64,000 nt of DNA from an uncultured bacterium (GTDB taxonomy: Bacteria > Krumholzibacteriota > Krumholzibacteriia > Krumholzibacteriales > Krumholzibacteriaceae), in assembly GCA_963786935.1 (NCBI GenBank), contig CAWBAN010000003.1:160001-224000 (forward strand), given 5' to 3'. Of this stretch, positions 8,712 to 19,240 are shown one piece after another. Each line of letters opens with the position of its first letter. The stretch's first letter is position 1. Both the position numbers and the translations under genes were made by a program. A model generated the notes under the pieces. It did not search any database. It was not told where the DNA came from and saw only the letters and a program-made list of their open reading frames with translations.

Positions 8712-11700
8712 ATGAAGAAGGCGCGCGCCGGCGTGGGCATTTTCGTCATTTTCTTGGCCGCCGTCTCGTTCGGAGCGTCGGCCCAGCAGGCGGATCTCGA
8801 CCGGCTCTCGAAGGATCTCGCCGCGAAGAGCGCCGCCGAGCGCTCGGCCGCCCACGCGCTCGCCGCCAAGAACGGATTTCCCGCGAGCTGGACCGGCTCC
8901 GACGGGAGCTACGTCGAGCTCCAGAAGATGCTGAACGGATTCCCCCGCTACTACGCGACCCTCAACGCCAACGCCGCGATCACGACGCGCGCCGATTCGG
9001 TGAACATGGCGATCGGCGGCGGGAGCGGATTCGTGCTGAGGCTCTGGGACGGCGGGAAGCCCCGGCTCACGCATCGCGAGTACATCGGCCGCGTCAGCTG
9101 GATCGATACGAATCCGAGCACGGTGGCCGGACATGCCACGCACACGGCCGGCACGCTGATCGCGTCCGGCATCCGCGCGGCCGCGAAGGGAATGTCCTAC
9201 GCGGCGACCGTGCGCGCCTTCGAGTGGAACAACGACGGCGGCGAGATGGCGAGCGAGGCCGCCGGGGGGGCGAACCTTTCGAGCCATTCGTACGGCTACC
9301 TCGCCGGCTGGTACTACAACACGAGCAACTATAACTGGTACTGGTACGGCGACACGGCGGTGAGCGAGGTCGAGGATTACCTCTTCGGATTCTACGATTC
9401 GGAAGCGCAGGCGTACGACCAGATCCTGAACGCCGCGCCGAACTACCTGCCCGTCGTTTCGTCCTCGAACGACCGCGACGACGCGGGGCCCGGGGCGGGC
9501 GCGAAACACTACTACTGGGACGAGCGCTACGCCGCGTGGCGCATCAGCTACAAGACGCGCAACGGGGACGGCGGGACGACCGGGTACGACTGCATCCCGT
9601 TCGGCTTCCAGATATCGAAGAACACGCTCACCGTCGGCGCGGTGTACGACGTGCCGAGCTACACGGGGCCTTCGAGCGTCGTGCTCGCCCCCTTCAGCAG
9701 CACCGGCCCGTGCGACGACGGGCGAATAAAACCGGACGTCGTCGGGAACGGCATGGAGCTTCTGTCCACCTACTCGACGAACGATTCTTCATACGCGACG
9801 GCGAGCGGCACGTCGATGTCGTGCCCGAACGTGTGCGGCTCGCTCGGGCTCGTCGCCGACTACTACCGTGACACGCACGGCGGAACGCCGATGTGGGCCT
9901 CGACCCTCAAGGCGCTCGCGATTCACACTGCGCTCGAGGCGGGATCGAATCCGGGCCCCGATTACCTGTTCGGCTGGGGGCTCCTCAACGCCTACGCCGC
10001 ATACCGGCTTGCCAACAAGGATTATCTGAACGACTCGAAGGGGCTCATCGAGCAACTCGCCCTCAATCAGGGACAGACGATCGAGATCGGGTACCGGGTG
10101 TATGCGTCGACGCCGGAGCTGCGCGTCACGATCTGCTGGAACGACCCGGCCGGAACGCCCCCGTCCCCCTCGCTCAACCCGCGGACGAAGATGCTCGTGA
10201 ACGATCTCGACCTGCGCGCGGTCAAGGGAGCCGATACGAGCTATCCGTGGCGCCTCGACGTGTACAACCCGGCCAGCGCCGCGACGAAGAACGACAACAA
10301 CGTCGATAACGTCGAGCAGGTCGTCGTCCCGACGCCGACGCCGGGCGTCTACACGATCCGGATCACGCACAAGGGAACGCTCTACGGCGGATCGCAGAAG
10401 GTCTCGCTCGTCGTTTCGGGCGCGGAGAAGAACCACTCGTGGCACGTGTACGAGGACGGCTCGGGGGACGCGCCGACGATCGCGGCCGCCGTGAACGCCG
10501 CGGACGACGGCGATTCGATATTCGTGCATGCGGGCACGTTCAACGAGGCGGGCATCTCGATCTCCAAGGCGCTCTACGTCGCCGGTGTGGACGGCGCCGC
10601 GCTCACGATAGTCGACGGCGCCGGCCTCGGGAGCGGCATCTTCACGTTCCCGACGGCGGCCAAGGTTATCGTGCTGCGGGATATCACGATCAAGAACGGA
10701 TCGACGGCGATCCTCGGCGGAGGCATCTACTGCACCAACTCCTCCGTGACGATCGAGGGCTGCGTCGTCGACAACTGCTATTCGCCGTGGTACGGCGGGG
10801 GTATCGCCGTCACGAACGCCTCCCCGGCGATCAGAAAGGTAGCGTTCCGCTCGAACCGGGCCGATCACGACGGCGGCGGCCTGTACTTCTCCGCGTCGAG
10901 CTCGGTCGTCGATTCGTGCGTGTTCCACGACAACGACGCAGCCCGCTCCGGCGGCGCGATCGCCATGATCAACGCGACGCCGCAGTTCAGCAACTGCACC
11001 GCCTATCGCAATTCGGCCGGCGTGAACGGCGGGGGCGTCTACGTGGGCGTCGGCGGGAATCCGTCGCTCGCGCGATGCGTCGTGTCGCACGCCGCGGCCG
11101 GCGGGGGCATCTTCGGCGAAACGACCGCCGTCGGCGCGTCCGTTTCGTGCTGCGACGTATTCGGCAACGCGGGGGGAGATTATGCGGGATCGATCTCCGA
11201 CCGGACCGGAATCGACGGCAACATCTCGGCCGATCCCGTGTTCTGCGACGCCGGCTTCACGCCTCCCGTCCTCTCGATCAGCGTGCTCTCGCCGTGCGCT
11301 CCCGCGTCGAGCCCCTGCGCGGAGCTCATCGGCGCGCTCGGCGTCGGCTGCGTGAAGGGGCCCGACCTCGCGATCGCGAACGTCGAGTTCAGCGCCGCGC
11401 GGCCGGTCTTCGGGGACAGCATCCGGGCCACGGTGAAGATCAGGAACACGGGCGAGTTCCCCGCGACCGGATTCTTCGTCGATTATTACGCCGACGCCGA
11501 TACGCTGCCGCCGCCGGAAACGGCGGGGGATCAGCGGCTCTTCGTCGACAGTCTCGCTTCGGGGGACTCCCTCGTCTGGACGACCGATTGGGAGCGGGCG
11601 CTCGTGCTCAAGACGTGGAAGAGCCGGTTCAGGGTAGACACGGGAGACTCGGTGCTCGAGACGGACGAGGCGAACAACGCGAGCGGTCCGCACGAGATCG

Positions 11701-13292
11701 CGTGGACCTTCCCGGCGCAGCCGGGCTGGCCCGTGGCGATCGGCTCCGGATTCCACACCTCCCCGGCGATCGCGAGCCTCGATGCCGACGAAATGGATCT
11801 CGAGACGATCGTCGGATGCGACGACGGCCTGCTGTACGTCTTGAAAGCCGACGGGACGCCGGCCGAGGGATGGCCCGTCTCGATCGGCGACACGCTTTTC
11901 TCGTCGCCGGCCGTAGCCGATATCGCCGGCGATTTCCGCAAGGAAGTCGTGATCGGAGGGCGGGACGGGAAGATCTACGCATTCGATTTTCTGGGCGCGA
12001 AGCTCTGGGAGTATCCGACGGGGATCGCCGTCTACCGGACGCCGGCGCTCGCCGATCTGGACGGCGACGGAAAGTGCGAAGTCCTGTGCGGCGCGGGCGG
12101 AGCGCTGTACGCTCTCGACGGGGCCGGCTCGCCGTTCGCGGGCTCGTGGCCGTATCTCGACGGCACGGGGACGATGACGTCTCCCGCGGTGGGAGACATC
12201 GACGGCGACGGCGATCTCGAGATCGCGGCGATCGCATTCGACTCAACGGCTCCCGCGGCGTCGCGCGTGCACCTCGTCAACGCGGACGGGACGCCGTACG
12301 GCGGCGCCTGGCCGATCGTCGTCGACACGGCGATCGTCGCCGATCCCGTGATCGGGAACGTTCTCTCTCCCGACGGGGACCTCGAGATCGTCGCCGGCGC
12401 GGCGAACGGCGCCGTCTACGCGTGGAAGCACGACGGTTCGACCTGGGCGGCGGCCCCCCGCGCGGGCGGACGCATCGAGACATCTCCCGCGCTCGCTCAA
12501 ATGGACGGCGACGGAACGCTCGAGATCGTCGTCTCCTCGAGCCGGTTCGTCGCCTCGCCGGCTCCCGGACATTGGGAAGGCGCGGTGACGGCGATCGACG
12601 ACGACGGCTCGGTTCTCGGCGGCTGGCCGCAGGCGGCAGGCGCATGGACGGCCGCGGCGGGCCCGATGCCGCCGGCGATCTCGATCGGCGGCGCCGTCCA
12701 GGTCATGGCCGGCGGACCCGCGGGGCTCTTCAGGTCGTGGAGCGCCCTCGGCGAGGCTGTCGAAGGTTTTCCGATCGATCTCGCGGGAGGCTCGAGCGTT
12801 TCGGCGTCCGCCGACGACATCGACCGCGACGGCCGCATGGAGCTCGTCACGATCTCGGGAGCGGCGGGCGGCTCCATCCGATGCGAGAAGCTGATCGGAG
12901 ATTATTTGACGAGCCAGCTCTGGTGGCCGATGTTCCGCCACGATCGCTCGAGGACCGGCCGCTACGACGCCGCCGTGCCGACGGGATCCGACGGGAACGC
13001 GCTCCCCGTGCCGCCGGCGACGCGCATCGCGTCGATCTACCCGAATCCGTTCAACCCGTCGACGCGGATCGCCTTCGATCTGAGCGCGCGCTCGCGCGTG
13101 CAGCTCGCGATATACGACGTGTCCGGCCGGAGGATCGCGATTATTCTGGACGGGGAGATGGGAGCGGGGCGCTACGAAGCGGTCTGGAACGGCAGGACGG
13201 TTTCGGGCGGCGCGGCCGTTTCGGGCATCTACTTCTGCGCGCTGCGCGCGGGAAACACGGTCGAGACGAAGAAGATCGTGCTCGTGCGCTAG
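8712..13292 (+). CDS. Paralogous secreted S8 protease with one beta-helix module, CARDB-like Ig, FG-GAP repeats and FlgD-Ig/T9SS-like CTD
   Basis: LWDG, GHATHTAGT, GTSMSCPNV; signal peptide; ETDEANN; DIDGDGDLEI repeats; YPNPFNP...SGIYFCAL...KKIVLVR; GGAGGT RBS. Confidence 0.9.
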   Translation: MKKARAGVGIFVIFLAAVSFGASAQQADLDRLSKDLAAKSAAERSAAHALAAKNGFPASWTGSDGSYVELQKMLNGFPRYYATLNANAAITTRADSVNMAIGGGSGFVLRLWDGGKPRLTHREYIGRVSWIDTNPSTVAGHATHTAGTLIASGIRAAAKGMSYAATVRAFEWNNDGGEMASEAAGGANLSSHSYGYLAGWYYNTSNYNWYWYGDTAVSEVEDYLFGFYDSEAQAYDQILNAAPNYLPVVSSSNDRDDAGPGAGAKHYYWDERYAAWRISYKTRNGDGGTTGYDCIPFGFQISKNTLTVGAVYDVPSYTGPSSVVLAPFSSTGPCDDGRIKPDVVGNGMELLSTYSTNDSSYATASGTSMSCPNVCGSLGLVADYYRDTHGGTPMWASTLKALAIHTALEAGSNPGPDYLFGWGLLNAYAAYRLANKDYLNDSKGLIEQLALNQGQTIEIGYRVYASTPELRVTICWNDPAGTPPSPSLNPRTKMLVNDLDLRAVKGADTSYPWRLDVYNPASAATKNDNNVDNVEQVVVPTPTPGVYTIRITHKGTLYGGSQKVSLVVSGAEKNHSWHVYEDGSGDAPTIAAAVNAADDGDSIFVHAGTFNEAGISISKALYVAGVDGAALTIVDGAGLGSGIFTFPTAAKVIVLRDITIKNGSTAILGGGIYCTNSSVTIEGCVVDNCYSPWYGGGIAVTNASPAIRKVAFRSNRADHDGGGLYFSASSSVVDSCVFHDNDAARSGGAIAMINATPQFSNCTAYRNSAGVNGGGVYVGVGGNPSLARCVVSHAAAGGGIFGETTAVGASVSCCDVFGNAGGDYAGSISDRTGIDGNISADPVFCDAGFTPPVLSISVLSPCAPASSPCAELIGALGVGCVKGPDLAIANVEFSAARPVFGDSIRATVKIRNTGEFPATGFFVDYYADADTLPPPETAGDQRLFVDSLASGDSLVWTTDWERALVLKTWKSRFRVDTGDSVLETDEANNASGPHEIAWTFPAQPGWPVAIGSGFHTSPAIASLDADEMDLETIVGCDDGLLYVLKADGTPAEGWPVSIGDTLFSSPAVADIAGDFRKEVVIGGRDGKIYAFDFLGAKLWEYPTGIAVYRTPALADLDGDGKCEVLCGAGGALYALDGAGSPFAGSWPYLDGTGTMTSPAVGDIDGDGDLEIAAIAFDSTAPAASRVHLVNADGTPYGGAWPIVVDTAIVADPVIGNVLSPDGDLEIVAGAANGAVYAWKHDGSTWAAAPRAGGRIETSPALAQMDGDGTLEIVVSSSRFVASPAPGHWEGAVTAIDDDGSVLGGWPQAAGAWTAAAGPMPPAISIGGAVQVMAGGPAGLFRSWSALGEAVEGFPIDLAGGSSVSASADDIDRDGRMELVTISGAAGGSIRCEKLIGDYLTSQLWWPMFRHDRSRTGRYDAAVPTGSDGNALPVPPATRIASIYPNPFNPSTRIAFDLSARSRVQLAIYDVSGRRIAIILDGEMGAGRYEAVWNGRTVSGGAAVSGIYFCALRAGNTVETKKIVLVR

Positions 13293-13361
13293 CGCCAATA
13301 TCAGCTCGAGCGATGTCCGGGACGCCGAAAAGATCCGGGGCGGGGTGCCGGCGATATCCGG

Positions 13362-13949
13362 CTACTTGTTTTCCGCTGCCTTGTTCCGCTCGACGAGCCG
13401 TTTGTGCAGCTCGTCATGAAGGTACTGGATGTAGAGCTCGGTCGCTTCCTTCTTCGTGATGCGGCGGAGCGTTATCGACATGCCCGGCGCGGTGAGCCGG
13501 TAGGTCTTCTGCGCCATCTCGCGCGTGCCGTCCTCGGCGACCGCGATCGCGCCGTATCGCCCCTCGATCTGCATCTTGAGCCAATCGAGCTTCAGGCGGC
13601 CCGTATCGCGGAAGTAGACGATCACTTCCATGAGCCGGTCGTCGACGAACGCGCATCGCACCCGCCGAACATCGGGATACGGCTCGAGCGGGCCGGAGAA
13701 ATCGTACAGCTCGCCGCGATAGCCGAGCGGCGGGTCGGGCGCCTTGGTGATTCTCGCGATGTTCTTGGCGCGCTCGAATACGGCGTCTTTCGATTGTCCG
13801 AGGAAGAAGCCGTAGATATCCTCGTTCAGCACGAGAGCGTCGTCCTCTCCCTTCTTCGAACAGGAGCACGCCAACGAGAGCGACAGGATCATCGTCCCCG
13901 CGACGATCCACGCCGCCCACGTCCGGTTCACTCTCTTTGTTTGTGCCAT
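13362..13949 (-). CDS. Hypothetical lipoprotein
   Basis: MAQTKRVNRTWAAWIVAGTMILSLSLACSC, a signal peptide with lipobox-like Cys; AAAGGAG upstream. GTG 13955 is an alternative start. Confidence 0.7.
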   Translation of the reverse strand: MAQTKRVNRTWAAWIVAGTMILSLSLACSCSKKGEDDALVLNEDIYGFFLGQSKDAVFERAKNIARITKAPDPPLGYRGELYDFSGPLEPYPDVRRVRCAFVDDRLMEVIVYFRDTGRLKLDWLKMQIEGRYGAIAVAEDGTREMAQKTYRLTAPGMSITLRRITKKEATELYIQYLHDELHKRLVERNKAAENK

Positions 13950-14122
13950 GTCCACGCGCACTCCTTTCGGACGAGAGACGCCGGCGAGCGTAGCAAAAAG
14001 GGGCCGGGGGTGCCAGATGATTCTGGACGGGGGGAAATAGTGCGGGGGAGGATCCGCTTCGAGCGCCTTGGCCGGCGTCGAACGACCCTCCCCCGCGTCT
14101 TCGTCGTGCGCGATAGCTCCGG

Positions 14123-14473
14123 TCAGTACGAGAACCTCAACTTGAAGCTCCCGATATCGATCATGTCTCCGTTGCGCAGCCTCTGCTGGTGCACTTCCCT
14201 GCCGTTGAGCGCGAGGCCGTTTCTGCTGTTCAGATCCTCGATGACGAATCCGCCGTTCGTCTTCAGGATGACGGCGTGCTCGTCCGAAACGAGGGAATCG
14301 TCGAGGCAAATATCGCAGTCGAGCTTTCTCCCGAGCGTGACTTTTCTTTTCTTGAGAGCGATTTCGAGCCCCGCAAAACAGCTGTTGATGATCGTGAGTC
14401 GTGCAATTTTGCCGGGGGCCTTCGCTTCGGCGAGTCCCACGCCGGCGCCGCGATTTGCTTTTCTCGAAGCCAC
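14123..14473 (-). CDS. Small FHA domain protein
   Basis: LGR...DICL.D..VS..HA...IEDLNSRNG...NG...LRNGD.I.IG, the FHA signature. Confidence 0.9.
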   Translation of the reverse strand: MASRKANRGAGVGLAEAKAPGKIARLTIINSCFAGLEIALKKRKVTLGRKLDCDICLDDSLVSDEHAVILKTNGGFVIEDLNSRNGLALNGREVHQQRLRNGDMIDIGSFKLRFSY

Positions 14474-14631
14474 TTTCTCACCTGCCCTGTATTATTTTCG
14501 ACCGGGAATCGGCCTTCGCGCGACTCCGTTGGAATGAGGAAGGCAAGATTCGTACCATATCGGGGAAGGGGGGCGGCGCCGGGGGGCCTCCGGCGCGGGC
14601 GCCGGGGGTTTCCGGCGCGGGCGCCGAGGGC

Positions 14632-15831
14632 CTATCGCGCGGGCGCCGGGGCGGGCTGAAAGACGTATTCCTGCCTTCTGCCCGTATCGTAGAAGCTGAG
14701 CGCGACCGCTCCTTTTTCGAACGGGCGTCTCACCGTGAGCGTGTTGTCCATGCTTCCCTCGATAACGGCGGGGCCGGTCGGGGAACCCGGCTCGATGTCG
14801 AGCGTCCATCCGGAAAAGATATACGATCCGGACAGCTCGGTGTACATGCAGCCGGCGATGAGGCTCGAGAGGAGGCAGAACAGGTTGTTGCCGGTCGTGA
14901 CTCCCCGTTCGTTCGTCAGCAGGCTCCACGTTCTGCCCTTCGCCGCGCTGAGGTATCCCGGGCGCTGGTTTTCGAGCAGGCGCAGGAGGCCGTCGCGGTC
15001 GGTCCAGCTGAAGCAGTTGTTCGGGTAGAGCTCGTAGAAGATGCCGTTCATGTAGCGCGCGATATCCGGGTCCTCGTGCGGCGGGCGTCCGTTGCCGATC
15101 TGGATGAAGTCCGGGCCGAAACGCTCGCGGATCGCCTTCGCGTACTCCTTCTGCCAGAGGTAAAAGAGATTCTGCTCTTCCGTATCTTCGTCGTAGATGA
15201 CGCCGTCGCCGTCGAAATCCACGTCGCCGTGAACGCTGTCCCGGATGGCCGGGTTGATGTACGGATAGGTGCTGAAATAGTCGTGCATGATACCGTCGAC
15301 GGGCGCGCCGCTCTCGCTCTGATACGCGGCGAGAAGATCGACGAGCTTGTCGATAAGCGCGGTGTTGAGCGCGCCGTTCTTGATCGGGTTGAGCGTCACG
15401 AGATCTTTCCAGATCATGAGCGTGTCCCCCGCGGTCGTCCACGTCCAGTCGTCGCGGACCGCGCGGTAGTAATCGAGCACGTAGGGAATCGTGTTCCGCA
15501 GGTAGGTCGTGTCGGGATAGAGGGTGGAGACCCCCATCACGCTCTGATACCCGATGATCTGAATATCGGGGTTGAGCCGCTTGAGCTCGCCCAGGATGTC
15601 CCTCGTGGCGGGCGAATAGCACCACGCGAGCGGGAAGATGATCAGGTTCGCTTCCGCGGCCGCCTCGATCGTCGCGGCGTCCCAGGAGGCGAACGATCGC
15701 CAGTGAACGACCGCTTTTTCGGGGTAGTCACGCGGGGTGGGCGCCGGCGGAGGATCCGTCGAGGCGTCGCCGCATCCGAACGCGCCGAGCGCGATCACGA
15801 AGAGCGGGATGATGACTAATCCGCGATGCAT
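14632..15831 (-). CDS. Lipoprotein, putative TIM-barrel glycoside hydrolase (GHL15-like)
   Basis: Lipobox GAFGC, Pro linker, LKRLNPDIQIIGY, DGIMHD, IGNG, MNGIFYE, plus a DFDGDG Ca-binding-like insert. Confidence 0.55.
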   Translation of the reverse strand: MHRGLVIIPLFVIALGAFGCGDASTDPPPAPTPRDYPEKAVVHWRSFASWDAATIEAAAEANLIIFPLAWCYSPATRDILGELKRLNPDIQIIGYQSVMGVSTLYPDTTYLRNTIPYVLDYYRAVRDDWTWTTAGDTLMIWKDLVTLNPIKNGALNTALIDKLVDLLAAYQSESGAPVDGIMHDYFSTYPYINPAIRDSVHGDVDFDGDGVIYDEDTEEQNLFYLWQKEYAKAIRERFGPDFIQIGNGRPPHEDPDIARYMNGIFYELYPNNCFSWTDRDGLLRLLENQRPGYLSAAKGRTWSLLTNERGVTTGNNLFCLLSSLIAGCMYTELSGSYIFSGWTLDIEPGSPTGPAVIEGSMDNTLTVRRPFEKGAVALSFYDTGRRQEYVFQPAPAPAR

Positions 15832-16157
15832 TTTGCCGTTACCCCCTCCGAATTCGCCCCCGCTCCCTCGGCTCGCACGGGGAACAACGGGGAACGCCGC
15901 GCAACAACGAAGCACGGGCGGGAATCGAACGGCCGGGAGCCCGGGCCTCCGGCGCTGAAATATATCCCCCCCGGGGTGATTCTGCAAAGAGAATGCCGCC
16001 CGGCCCGCCGGGCTTCGTCCCGCGGCCAGCCGGAGCGGCGTTCCCGAATGCGCTGGACAGGAGCGTGCGGTTTCGTGCAAGAATAGTTGCGATCCGCTCC
16101 GAAGACGCCGATCCGCGCATCGGCCGGCGGAACGAACGTATCTCGCGGGAGGCTGCC

Positions 16158-17024
16158 ATGAAAACCACGACCGAAGCGTTGGTGACCTGGTTTCTGACGA
16201 AGGGGCTGCGGATCGGCATCATCATCGCCGTGATGCTTCTGCTGCTCGGCGTCGCCAGGCTTCTGTTCATTTACTCGAGGCGTCGGTTCCGCCTGCAGGA
16301 GAAGGTGGGAATCGAACGCGCGAAGCGCACCGCAACGTTCGCGAAAACCGTCGAGAACATCATCCGCGCCGTCATCGTCGTCATGGGGCTCCTCGCGATT
16401 CTACGGCAGGCGGGGATCGAGCTCGCGCCGCTTCTGGCGGGCGCGGGCATCGTGGGGCTCGCGGTGAGCTTCGGCGCCCAGAATCTCGCGAAGGACGTCA
16501 TCAACGGTTTCTTCATTCTCGCCGAGAACAACATGAACGTGGGAGACGTCGTGCAGGTGGCGGGCAAGTCGGGAACCGTCGAGCGGATCACGCTCCGCAC
16601 GACCGTCCTGCGCGACCTCGAGGGGAACGTCCACGCCGTTCCCAACAGCGAGATTCTCACGATCACCAACATGACGAAGGAGTGGTCGCGCGCCGTGATC
16701 GAGATCGGCGTCGCCTACCGCGAGAACGTCGACGCGGTGATCGACGCGCTGCGGGAGACCGGCGACGGCCTCGCGAAGGATCCCGCGTTCGGGCCGCTCA
16801 TCGTCGAGCCGATGGAGATTCTCGGCGTCGACAGCTTCGGCGAATCCTCGGTCAATATCAAGGTCATGTTCAAGACGCTGCCGGTCAAGCAATGGCCGGT
16901 GGCGCGCGAGTTCAGGCGCCGGGTGAAGCAGGCGTTCGACGAGCGGGGCATACGCATTCCCTATCCGCACCGGATGATCTATTTCGGGGACGGGAGCGCC
17001 CCGGGGAAGCGGATGATCGAGTGA
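16158..17024 (+). CDS. Small-conductance mechanosensitive channel (MscS family)
   Basis: LLAGAGIVGLAVSFGAQNLAKDVINGFFIL, VGDVV, GTVERITLRTT, VPNSEI, GIRIPYP; GGGAGG RBS. Confidence 0.93.
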   Translation: MKTTTEALVTWFLTKGLRIGIIIAVMLLLLGVARLLFIYSRRRFRLQEKVGIERAKRTATFAKTVENIIRAVIVVMGLLAILRQAGIELAPLLAGAGIVGLAVSFGAQNLAKDVINGFFILAENNMNVGDVVQVAGKSGTVERITLRTTVLRDLEGNVHAVPNSEILTITNMTKEWSRAVIEIGVAYRENVDAVIDALRETGDGLAKDPAFGPLIVEPMEILGVDSFGESSVNIKVMFKTLPVKQWPVAREFRRRVKQAFDERGIRIPYPHRMIYFGDGSAPGKRMIE

Positions 17025-17070
17025 GGCTCTCGGGCGACTTCCGGTCACGCCGGAAGCGGGGTCATCCCCC

Positions 17071-17802
17071 TCAACCGCCGGGCAGATAAGCGATCTCGAG
17101 GCGTGGCCGCCGTCCGGCGTTACCGTACTCGCGCTGAATAACGGTCGTATACCGCGAGCGGGTGACGTCCGTCGTCTTGATGACGACTCCATGATTCGTG
17201 GTCGGATCCTGAATCCATTCCATGACGAGCGCCGGGGAAAGCGTGAAGGTCACGACGCTGTCGGTCGAAACCGTGCGCTCGTCGATGACGGCGCTGAAGA
17301 AATCCCCGCCGGGATTCTGCCACGGCGCCGTTCCGTCGATCGTGGTCCACGAAACGCCGTTCGCGGCCCCGCCGAACCCTTCCGACCACTGCTTCCAGCC
17401 GGGCAGATTGATCAGGTGCGCCCGGAGCGTCAGCGAATCCGGCGCCGGGGGAACGACGCGGATCGACAGGCGCGCCGAGATCACGGACGAGCAATCCGTG
17501 ATCGACGAGATGTCCATCCTGACGATGATGCGCCGCTCGTAGTACGCGGTCGAGAGCAGCACCGAGCCGAGCGTGTCTGATGGAAGCGCCCCGAAGTTCG
17601 TGTTCGCGGCCGAGGGGCTCGGATTATCCTTGAGCACGGCGTCCGCCGTGCCCCGGTACGAGGCGTCGGGGGAGAGGCCGTCCTGGAACGCGACGTGTAT
17701 CGTATCGACAGGCCCCTGCGGCGCGGTCTCGTCGTCGCCGCACCCGGCGAGCGCGGCGAGGCAGAGCGAGCAGGCGATGACGGCGGCGAGCGCGCGCTTC
17801 AT
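17071..17802 (-). CDS. DNRLRE-like domain lipoprotein
   Basis: Lipobox LAGC; FQDG..P...Y.GTADA, NFG, VSWTT..G...W..PGGDF, NHGVVI, RPRLEI. Starts 1 nt after the prsR stop. Confidence 0.7.
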   Translation of the reverse strand: MKRALAAVIACSLCLAALAGCGDDETAPQGPVDTIHVAFQDGLSPDASYRGTADAVLKDNPSPSAANTNFGALPSDTLGSVLLSTAYYERRIIVRMDISSITDCSSVISARLSIRVVPPAPDSLTLRAHLINLPGWKQWSEGFGGAANGVSWTTIDGTAPWQNPGGDFFSAVIDERTVSTDSVVTFTLSPALVMEWIQDPTTNHGVVIKTTDVTRSRYTTVIQREYGNAGRRPRLEIAYLPGG

Positions 17803-17803
17803 G

Positions 17804-19237
17804 TTATCTTCCTTTCGGGAGGCGGTACGTCTCTGGATCGATGCCGTGCTTTTTCATGAGATCGTGGAGCGTGGGGCGGCTCACCTCGAGGCTCTCCGCC
17901 GCCGCCGAAACGTTTCCCCGCGCCCGGATGAGAGCGCCGATGACGAAGCGGCGCTCCAGATCGTCGCGCGCCTCCTTGAGCGGCACCGGCTCGAACGGGA
18001 CGCCGCTCCCCGCGGGGGGCGGCGGCTCCGCGCCGGAAGCCCCCTTCCGCAGATTCTCCGGGTAGGGCAGGTCGAGATCCTCCGGCTGGATGAGCTTGCC
18101 GGTCGCCATGATCACGCCGCGCTTCACGCGGTTCTCCAGCTCGCGGACGTTGCCGGGCCACGAGTAGAGGCCGAGCGTCTTCTGCGCGTACTCTCCGAAT
18201 CCGCGGACGCCGCGCGAAAACTCCCGGTTGTACCGGTGGAGAAACCGCATCGCCAAGAGCAGGATGTCGTCCCGCCGGTCGCGGAGCGGCGGGAGGTTGA
18301 TGGTGACCGTGTTGATCCGGTAGAACAGATCCTCGCGGAAGGTCTGGCCGGAGAGCATCGCGTCGAGGTTCCGGTTCGTCGCCGCGATGACGCGGACGTC
18401 GACCTTGATCTGCTCGCGGGCCCCGACGCGCTCGATGACGTGCTCCTGAAGAAACCGGAGGATCTTCACCTGGAGCGGCGGTGTGAGCTCCCCGATCTCG
18501 TCGAGGAATATCGTCCCGCTGTCGGCAGTTTCGAACTTGCCCTGCCTCGTCTCGAAGGCGCCGGTGAAGCTCCCCCGCTCGTGCCCGAAGAGCTCGCTCT
18601 CGAGGAGGTTCTCCGGGATGGCCCCGCAGTTGATCGGCACGAACGGATTGTCGCGCCGGGGGCTTCTCGCGTGGATCGCGCGGGCGATGAGCTCCTTGCC
18701 CGTTCCGCTCTCCCCCGTGATGAGGATCGAGACGTCCGTCGCGGCGACGCGCTTGACCGTTTCGAAGACGTCGAGCATCGATTTCGATATGGCGACGATC
18801 CCCTCGAACTCGTGCCGGCTCCCTTCCTTGCCCTTGAGCGCGGCGAGCTCCGTCTCGAGGGAGAAGAGATGCGCGGCGCGCTTCAGGATCGTGCGCAGCT
18901 CCTCGATCGGCGTCGTCTTCGAGCAGAAGTCGTACGCGCCCTTTTCGATCGCTTTGAGCGCGTTTTCACGCTCGTCGTGCCCGGTGAGCACGACGACCTT
19001 GAGGCGCGGATCGATGAGAATCGCGTCCTCGAGAATCGCGAGACCGTCGATGTTCCACGGCTCGCCGGTGAGCGAGAGGTCGAGCAGCATGAGCCCGGGC
19101 TTCCTCGCCTTGACCGCGGCGATCGCCTCGCCGGCCGTTTGCGCCGTGAGGACCGTGAAATCCCCCTTGAACGCCCATTGGAGCTGCTTGAGGATCGTTT
19201 CCTCGTCGTCGACGATGAGCAGTGTCTTTGCCGGCAC
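17804..19237 (-). CDS. prsR: PEP-CTERM-box sigma54-dependent response regulator
   Basis: Receiver (LIVDDE, LLDL) + AAA+ (GESGTGKE, GSFTGA, FLDEIG, WPGNVRELEN) + HTH (VSRPTLHDLM); adjacent to prsK and exosortase. Confidence 0.88.
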   Translation of the reverse strand: MPAKTLLIVDDEETILKQLQWAFKGDFTVLTAQTAGEAIAAVKARKPGLMLLDLSLTGEPWNIDGLAILEDAILIDPRLKVVVLTGHDERENALKAIEKGAYDFCSKTTPIEELRTILKRAAHLFSLETELAALKGKEGSRHEFEGIVAISKSMLDVFETVKRVAATDVSILITGESGTGKELIARAIHARSPRRDNPFVPINCGAIPENLLESELFGHERGSFTGAFETRQGKFETADSGTIFLDEIGELTPPLQVKILRFLQEHVIERVGAREQIKVDVRVIAATNRNLDAMLSGQTFREDLFYRINTVTINLPPLRDRRDDILLLAMRFLHRYNREFSRGVRGFGEYAQKTLGLYSWPGNVRELENRVKRGVIMATGKLIQPEDLDLPYPENLRKGASGAEPPPPAGSGVPFEPVPLKEARDDLERRFVIGALIRARGNVSAAAESLEVSRPTLHDLMKKHGIDPETYRLPKGR

Positions 19238-19240
19238 GCG

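Noticed and set aside
13992..14015. TGGCAC...TTGCT on the minus strand upstream of 13949
   Set aside because: Spacing between GG and GC does not fit the required N10.
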